Translations under genes and position numbers: made by a program
DNA from: Lachnospiraceae bacterium
GTDB lineage: Bacteria > Bacillota > Clostridia > Lachnospirales > Lachnospiraceae
Length of the DNA: 32,000 bases
Assembly (NCBI GenBank): GCA_050944355.1
Contig: JBMNQX010000003.1
Location: forward strand, 29,136-61,135
Reading direction: 5' to 3'
Shown here: in pieces, positions 26,684-32,000 of the stretch
How positions within the stretch are numbered: the first letter of the stretch is position 1
How the letters are laid out: each line of letters starts with the position of its first letter
The notes under the pieces: generated by a model
Database searches by the model: none
What the model saw: the letters and a program-made list of their open reading frames with translations, nothing else
Told to the model about the DNA's origin: nothing

Positions 26684-27403
26684 TCAGATGGTTTCCGTCA
26701 GCTCAAACTTATAGCCGACGCCCCATACGGTCTGAATGGACCAGTTGGGGCCGCCGGTTATTTTTTTCCGGATTTTCCGGATGTGAGTGTCAATCGTGCG
26801 GTAATCGCCGGCAAATTCGCGCCCCCAGACCTGATCGAGCAGCTGCTCGCGGCTGAACACCTGATTCGGGTGCGAGGCCAGAAAATAGAGGAGTTCAATT
26901 TCGCGCGGTGAAAGATCCACCGGCCTGCCTTGAAATGACACCTGATAATTCTCGAGATTGATGGCAAGGTCCGGGATATTCACGGTCTTTGCGGCCGCGC
27001 CCTCAGCCGTGTCTTCCGGTGTGTAGCCGGCAAGACGGCGCAGAATCACCGTAACTCTCGCCACCATCTCACGCGTGTCAAATGGTTTGGTGAGATAATC
27101 GTCGGCTCCCGCCGCAAAGGCCGCAAGCTTGTCCCTGATATCACTCCGGGTCGTGATCACGAGAATCGGCACCTGTGATTTCAGGCGGATCCGGCGGATC
27201 AGCTGTACGCCGTCTATGTCCGGCAGAGTGAGCTCCAGCGTGATCAGATCCGGCTCTGTGTCCTGAAGGCAGCGCATGACGTCCGCGCCGCTTTTCACGG
27301 CCTCGGCTGTAAAGCCTTCCCGTGTCAGGGAAGATAAAATCAGAGAAGACATGCCGCTGTCGCTCTCTGCGACCAGAATATGTGGAATTGTACTACTTTC
27401 CAA
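26684..27403 (-). CDS. OmpR/PhoB-family response regulator, atypical receiver (Glu at phospho-acceptor position), orphan
   Basis: TTG start after AAAGGAG; 239 aa. Receiver domain: ILVAESD...PDLITLELTLPDIDG...ILVITTRS...DDYLTKPF. Winged-helix output domain: LSPREIELLYFLASHPNQVFSREQLLDQVWG...RTIDTHIRKIRKK...IQTVWGVGYKF. No histidine kinase gene is adjacent. Confidence 0.88.
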   Translation of the reverse strand: MESSTIPHILVAESDSGMSSLILSSLTREGFTAEAVKSGADVMRCLQDTEPDLITLELTLPDIDGVQLIRRIRLKSQVPILVITTRSDIRDKLAAFAAGADDYLTKPFDTREMVARVTVILRRLAGYTPEDTAEGAAAKTVNIPDLAINLENYQVSFQGRPVDLSPREIELLYFLASHPNQVFSREQLLDQVWGREFAGDYRTIDTHIRKIRKKITGGPNWSIQTVWGVGYKFELTETI

Positions 27404-27504
27404 CGGATGCTCCTTTCAACAAACGTGTGAACGGCGCTTTGAGGCGCAGTGCCTGCGCGGCGCCTGAAGATATGGCGGTTTCTTTGAACGGCTGAAAGTC
27501 AGAA

Positions 27505-29907
27505 TCAGAGACTTACGATCGTCACGCCGGCGTCGCCTTCGCCCGGCTTTCCGATCCGGTAGCCGCGGATATATCCGAGCCCGTCGAGCCAGTTCCAGAT
27601 GCCGGCCCGGAGAGCTCCGGTTCCTTTTCCGTGTACGATGCGGACTTCGCGCAGCCCGGCCAGACTTGCGCTGTCCAGGTATTTCGAAAGCCTGCTGACG
27701 GCCTCGTCGACGGTCATGCCGATGACATTTATCTCAGACGGAACGTTCTGAGACGCCTCCATGCGCAGGGCGCCTGTGTGCACCGCGGATTCACGGTGCT
27801 TGCGCAGAAGCTCTTCGTAGCGGTCTTTCGGCTTCTTTTCCTGGACCTGCGGCGCTTTGTAATTCTCAACCATGGCCACTTCCTTCACCGGAACTGTCAT
27901 GGTCATCGAGCCGATCAGAACTTTCAGCCTTCCTTTCTTGTCCGGAGCCTGTGTGACATCGCCCTCAAGGCCGGAGGAGAGAACGCGCACATGGACACCC
28001 GGCTTGTAGTCCGACGCCGGATGTTTGCGGATCTGTTCGGCCGATTCTTCTGTCTCGGGCTTCTTGTACTTCTCGTTTTTCTTCAGTTTTTCGCGCAGGC
28101 CCTGGCGCGTCTTTTCCATCTCGCGCACATCGGCCCCGTGCCTGTTCAGCTCGCGGATCGACTCGTCCGCATAGGCCTTGGCGTCCGCCAGAATCTTCTC
28201 GGCGTTTTCGTTGGCCCGGCGCAGAATTTTGTCTTTCCGCCGCGCGATGGCCTCGCGCTGTTTTGTCAGCTCTTCCTGGAGTTTTTCGGCCTCGGCTTTG
28301 TAGCGGGCCGCTTCTTCGTGTTCTTTTTCGACCTGACTGCGCGTCTTTTCGAGATCCGACAGCAGGTCCTCGAAACGCACCTGGTCGTCGGAAAGCCGCC
28401 GCTTCGCGTCGTCGAGGATCTCGTCCGGAAGGCCGAGCTTTTTCGAGATGGCAAATGCGTTGCTCTTCCCGGGAATGCCGATCAGAAGACGGTATGTCGG
28501 CGCCAGAGTTTCGACGTCAAATTCACAGCAGGCGTTCGTGATGTCGGGCTCTGAGAGCGCATACGCCTTGAGCTCGCTGTAGTGAGTCGTCGCGATCGTC
28601 TCAATGCCTCTTTCGTGGAGTTTCGCGAGAATGGACATGGCGAGCGCCGCGCCCTCGGTCGGATCGGTTCCCGCACCGATCTCGTCGAAAAGAATCAGAC
28701 AGTGAGAGTCAGCAGCCCTGAGGATGCTGATCGTATTTGTCATGTGGGCGGAAAATGTACTCAGGTTCTGTTCGATGCTCTGCTCGTCGCCGATATCGGC
28801 GTAGATTTCCCGGTATACCGCGATCGTGGAGTGGTCGCCGGCCGGAATCAGCAGGCCGGACTGAGCCATCAGAGTCAGCAGGCCGACTGTCTTCAGCGTC
28901 ACCGTCTTGCCGCCGGTGTTCGGGCCGGTGATGACAAGCTGGTGGAAATCCGTTCCCATGCGGATGTCGATCGGGACGACGCGCTTCGGGTCGATCAGCG
29001 GATGCCTGCCTTTGCGGATGTCGAAAATTCCCTCGTCGTTCAGGGCCGGGGCACTCGCTTTCATGGAGCGCGCCAGAGCGCCCTTGGCAAATATGAGATC
29101 CAGCCGCGTCAGAATCGTGTAGTCCTCTTCGAGAATGTCCGTGTACTGCGCGCATTCCTCCGAGAGAGACTTCAGAATCACGGCGATTTCCTTTTCCTGT
29201 TCCATCGCGTTGGTCTTCAGGTCGTTGTCAAAGCGCACGACGGCCTCCGGTTCGATGAAAAGGGTGGAGCCGGACGCGGACTGGTCGTGGATCATGCCCG
29301 GAACCCTCGAGCGGTACTCTGCCTTGACGGGCAGACAGTAGCGGCCCTGGCGCGTCGTGATGACCGCGTCCTGCAGGCAGCCGCGCAGGGATCCCGTGAG
29401 CATGCGCGTGAGTTCACTGTGAATTTTTTCGTTGATGCGGTCCTGCTCGCGGCGCAGACTGCGCAGTTTCGGGCTGGCGCTGTCAGCCACCTCGTCCTCG
29501 GAGACGATGGCGCGCGTGATGCTGGTACGCAGCGGCTCCAGATCGTCGAGGACGCTCAGCAGTCCGTACAGAGAGTCGGTTTCTTCCTCATAATAGTTTC
29601 TGACGTGTCCGGCACATGCGAGCAGCTCCGCGATTTTAAGCAGCTCTCCGCAGCCGAGCGGCGCATCCGCCTTCAGGCGCCGGAGAGAGCCACGGATGTC
29701 CGTGACGCCCTCAAACGATACTTTCCCTTTGGCGAAAATGCGGCGGAGCGCATCGTCGGTTTCCTTCTGAAGAGCCCGGATCTGCCCGAGATCCGTCAGA
29801 GGCGTCAAGGCCCTGGCTGCGGCCTTGCCCGGCTCGGAATCGGCGAAAGACGCCAGCTTTTCTGTTATCTTTTCGTATTCGAGTGTATGCAGTACTTTTT
29901 TGTTCAT
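27505..29907 (-). CDS. mutS2: endonuclease MutS2 (RqcU), Smr-domain protein
   Basis: 800 aa: MNKKVLHTLEYEKI..., Walker A GPNTGGKT, a long coiled-coil linker and a C-terminal Smr domain (VRIVHGKGTGALR). Confidence 0.95.
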   Translation of the reverse strand: MNKKVLHTLEYEKITEKLASFADSEPGKAAARALTPLTDLGQIRALQKETDDALRRIFAKGKVSFEGVTDIRGSLRRLKADAPLGCGELLKIAELLACAGHVRNYYEEETDSLYGLLSVLDDLEPLRTSITRAIVSEDEVADSASPKLRSLRREQDRINEKIHSELTRMLTGSLRGCLQDAVITTRQGRYCLPVKAEYRSRVPGMIHDQSASGSTLFIEPEAVVRFDNDLKTNAMEQEKEIAVILKSLSEECAQYTDILEEDYTILTRLDLIFAKGALARSMKASAPALNDEGIFDIRKGRHPLIDPKRVVPIDIRMGTDFHQLVITGPNTGGKTVTLKTVGLLTLMAQSGLLIPAGDHSTIAVYREIYADIGDEQSIEQNLSTFSAHMTNTISILRAADSHCLILFDEIGAGTDPTEGAALAMSILAKLHERGIETIATTHYSELKAYALSEPDITNACCEFDVETLAPTYRLLIGIPGKSNAFAISKKLGLPDEILDDAKRRLSDDQVRFEDLLSDLEKTRSQVEKEHEEAARYKAEAEKLQEELTKQREAIARRKDKILRRANENAEKILADAKAYADESIRELNRHGADVREMEKTRQGLREKLKKNEKYKKPETEESAEQIRKHPASDYKPGVHVRVLSSGLEGDVTQAPDKKGRLKVLIGSMTMTVPVKEVAMVENYKAPQVQEKKPKDRYEELLRKHRESAVHTGALRMEASQNVPSEINVIGMTVDEAVSRLSKYLDSASLAGLREVRIVHGKGTGALRAGIWNWLDGLGYIRGYRIGKPGEGDAGVTIVSL

Positions 29908-30007
29908 GTCCTAATAATTCCTGCCCGCACAGGGCAAATTCAAACCCGCGTAAACACTGTAATCATAACAAAAGAAACAAGAAATTTCAGCTGTTCACCG
30001 AGGAAAA

Positions 30008-30035
30008 TGTAAAGATGCGGAGGGTATGCTATAAT
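30008..30035 (+). promoter_or_regulatory. putative extended -10 promoter for yhaM-rlmD
   Basis: TGcTATAAT (30027-30035) with a weak -35, TGTAAA (30008-30013). GGAGG RBS at 30050-30054. Confidence 0.45.
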
Positions 30036-30059
30036 CGGTAGACAGAAACGGAGGACAGA

Positions 30060-31046
30060 ATGGTTTACATCAGAGATTTTCAGGAAAACGACAGGATTAC
30101 CGGCACATATCTGGTGCGCACGAAAGCTACCTATCAGTCCAAGAAGGGCAAAGATTATTACAGTCTGACGCTTGCGGACAAAACCGGTACGGTCGATACA
30201 AAAATATGGGACACGGAATCGCCGGCCATCGACGATTTCGAGGCCAACGACTTTGTAAACGTCAGCGGAACGGTCACCGTCTACAACGGAAAACTTCAGT
30301 TCAAGGTCGAGCGGCTCGCGAAAGCCCAGCCGGGCAGCTACAATGCCGCTGACTTTGTCCCGGCGAGCCGCTATCCGATCAAAGATATGTACCAGGAGCT
30401 GCTGCAGTTCGGCGAAAGCGTCCACAATCCGTATATCCGGAAACTTCTGGATTCCTTCTTTGTGGACGACAAAGAATTTGTCAGGACTTTTGCGAAGGGA
30501 TCGGCGGCGCGCACGGTACATCACAGTTTTATGGGCGGGCTGCTCGAGCACACGCTGTCCGTCACGAAGATCTGCGATTTTCTCGCCATGCGCTACGATT
30601 TTCTCGACCGGGATGTGCTGATCGCGTCGGCCATGCTGCACGATGTCGGCAAGACCCGCGAGATGACGCCGTTTCCGCAGGTCGATTACTCCGACGAGGG
30701 CAATCTGCTCGGCCACATCATGATCGGTTTTGAGATGGTCCGCGAGCATATGCGCGCCATCGACGGATTCCCGAAAGATCTGCAGGACGAAATCGGCCAC
30801 TGTATTCTCTCGCATCACGGCCTGCTCGAATACGGCTCACCGGTTCTCCCGAAAACGGCCGAGGCGCTCGCGCTCTCAAAAGCCGACGATCTGGACGCCA
30901 AAATGGAGACGATCCGCGAGGCCCTGAACGTCCGCAGCAGCAGTGACTGGCTTGACGTGAACAGATGGCTCGGCGGCATCCGCGTGCGCCGCACGACCGA
31001 GGACGGCACGGCATATTACCAGGGCGAAGGCGAAGAGGATTCATGA
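30060..31046 (+). CDS. yhaM: 3'-5' exoribonuclease YhaM family (OB-fold + HD domain)
   Basis: 328 aa with an N-terminal OB fold (ITGTYLVRTKATYQSKKGKDYYSLTLADKTGTVDTKIW) and an HD domain (HHSFMGGLLEHT, MLHDVGK, ILSHHG). Confidence 0.85.
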   Translation: MVYIRDFQENDRITGTYLVRTKATYQSKKGKDYYSLTLADKTGTVDTKIWDTESPAIDDFEANDFVNVSGTVTVYNGKLQFKVERLAKAQPGSYNAADFVPASRYPIKDMYQELLQFGESVHNPYIRKLLDSFFVDDKEFVRTFAKGSAARTVHHSFMGGLLEHTLSVTKICDFLAMRYDFLDRDVLIASAMLHDVGKTREMTPFPQVDYSDEGNLLGHIMIGFEMVREHMRAIDGFPKDLQDEIGHCILSHHGLLEYGSPVLPKTAEALALSKADDLDAKMETIREALNVRSSSDWLDVNRWLGGIRVRRTTEDGTAYYQGEGEEDS

Positions 31047-31049
31047 CAA

Positions 31050-32000
31050 ATGTCGGCAGGCAGACATAAGACAACAGATAAACCGCAGAACAGGAAAAGC
31101 AGCAGGCACGGCGGCCCGGAAGGCACTAAGCCCGGCAGCGGGCTCTCAAAGGGCGATGTCGTGACGCTCGACATCACGGCTCTTTCGAGCGACGGCGCCG
31201 GAATCGGCCGGTACGGGGGCCTCACGCTTTTTGTGAAGAGAACCGTCCCCGGCGACTGCGTCCGGGCGCAGATTCTGAACCTCAAAAAATCATACGGTTT
31301 CGCGAAGCTTGTTCAGGTGATCCGGGGCTCTGAGGCCCGCGTGCGCCCGGAGTGCGCGTGTGCGGACAAGTGCGGCGGCTGTCAGATCATGCAGATGACA
31401 TACAGCTCGCAGCTTGCCGCCAAAGAGACGAAAGTGCGCGACGCGCTCACCCGCATCGGCGGTCTCGACCTGACGGACGTGGACTTTTCGCCGATTCTTG
31501 GCATGGACGATCCGCACCGCTACCGCAACAAGGAACAGGTCCCGGTCGGAATCGACGCAGCAGGAAATCCTGTCTTCGGCTTCTATGCCGAGCACAGCCA
31601 CCGCATCGTCCCGATGCCGGGATATGACTGCTTACTCGGCAGCGCCGGCAACGCATATTTTATTAAAGCAATCCGCAGCTGGATTCTGAAGTACAAGATC
31701 CCGGTTTACAGCGAGCAGACGCACACCGGGCTGATCCGCCACGTCCTGATCCGCACGGCGCGTTCCGGCGAGACACTCGTGTGCCTCGTCGCGGCCTCCG
31801 AAAAGATTCCGCACATAGAAGCGCTTGTGAAAAGCCTTCAGGATATCGGCGCGTCGTCCGTGTGCCTCAATGTCCAGCCGGAGCCGAACAACGTTATTCT
31901 CGGCCGCCGCACGGTCACACTCGCCGGCAGCGGCTATATCACAGACACGATCGGAGACATCCGCTTCCGCGTGTCCCCGAACTCATTCTTTCAGGTAAAC
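31050..32000 (+). CDS. rlmD: 23S rRNA (uracil-5-)-methyltransferase RlmD/RumA family, N-terminal 317 codons (3' end outside window)
   Basis: Not in the ORF track because there is no stop before the window end. I translated from ATG 31050, 4 nt after the yhaM stop: MSAGRHKTT...KGDVVTLDITALSSDGAGIGRYGGLTLFVKRTVPGDCVRAQILNLKKSYGFAKL (TRAM domain), the Cys cluster ECACADKCGGCQ, then DPHRYRNKEQVPV... and ...FRVSPNSFFQVN. The frame stays open to nt 32000. Confidence 0.85.
   Translation, partial: MSAGRHKTTDKPQNRKSSRHGGPEGTKPGSGLSKGDVVTLDITALSSDGAGIGRYGGLTLFVKRTVPGDCVRAQILNLKKSYGFAKLVQVIRGSEARVRPECACADKCGGCQIMQMTYSSQLAAKETKVRDALTRIGGLDLTDVDFSPILGMDDPHRYRNKEQVPVGIDAAGNPVFGFYAEHSHRIVPMPGYDCLLGSAGNAYFIKAIRSWILKYKIPVYSEQTHTGLIRHVLIRTARSGETLVCLVAASEKIPHIEALVKSLQDIGASSVCLNVQPEPNNVILGRRTVTLAGSGYITDTIGDIRFRVSPNSFFQVN

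Noticed and set aside
27404-27504. A possible terminator or promoter between mutS2 and the response regulator, with AGGCGC...GCGCCT pairings.
   Set aside because: The stems are short with long loops, there is no U-tract, and the -35/-10 candidates are poor. This is insufficient support for a feature call.
28582-30818. A 476-aa + strand ORF (28582-30012) opposite mutS2, and a 292-aa - strand ORF (29940-30818) opposite yhaM.
   Set aside because: These are antisense shadows of mutS2 and yhaM. Their composition is Arg/Asp/Val-rich and non-protein-like, and they would run through the divergent promoter region.
31043-31069. A mini-ORF, ATGACAAATGTCGGCAGGCAGACATAA (8 codons), at the yhaM/rlmD junction.
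   Set aside because: It is out of frame with the clearly conserved rlmD reading frame that starts at ATG 31050, and it has no independent support.
1-32000. A scan for CRISPR arrays, tRNA, rRNA, IS elements, integrases, toxin-antitoxin pairs and known defence-system genes.
   Set aside because: None were recognised. The intergenic gaps are all under 240 nt and are accounted for by promoters, terminators and leaders. Every ORF of plausible coding quality has a housekeeping or metabolic assignment, except the ThyX-like, PurM-like and acidic hypothetical proteins.

Overview
GC-rich chromosomal segment of Firmicutes/Clostridia type, almost entirely coding (about 30 genes, mostly on the + strand). 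The backbone is the conserved Gram-positive housekeeping neighbourhood pth-mfd ... yabO(rqcP)-divIC-tilS-hpt-ftsH. Between mfd and yabO it carries about 11.5 kb of metabolic cargo: ilvE; an amino-acid ABC transporter with a fused binding-protein/permease, its ATPase and a D-2-hydroxyacid dehydrogenase; a scrR-scrA-scrB sucrose PTS operon; a divergent ThyX-fold gene; a GltD/PreT-like Fe-S flavoprotein; and hup. Downstream of ftsH lie a cytoplasmic GH13 alpha-glucan hydrolase, a trmD gene away from its usual ribosomal operon and translationally coupled to a PurM/HypE-superfamily protein, an alaR/alaT-like regulator-aminotransferase pair, a membrane-anchored acidic hypothetical protein, an orphan OmpR-type response regulator with Glu at the phospho-acceptor position, mutS2, yhaM and the 5' part of rlmD/rumA (runs off the window, so absent from the ORF track). 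I saw no rRNA, tRNA, CRISPR array, IS, transposase, integrase or recognisable defence gene, and no convincing multi-gene novel system. Three single-locus oddities stand out. (1) scrA is split by a -1 frame change exactly at an in-phase A_AAA_AAG slippery heptamer; this could be a sequencing error, a pseudogene or recoding. (2) A ThyX-fold protein lacks the RHR dUMP-binding motif. (3) The response regulator appears phosphorylation-independent. All protein calls rest on motif recognition by eye, not database searches.
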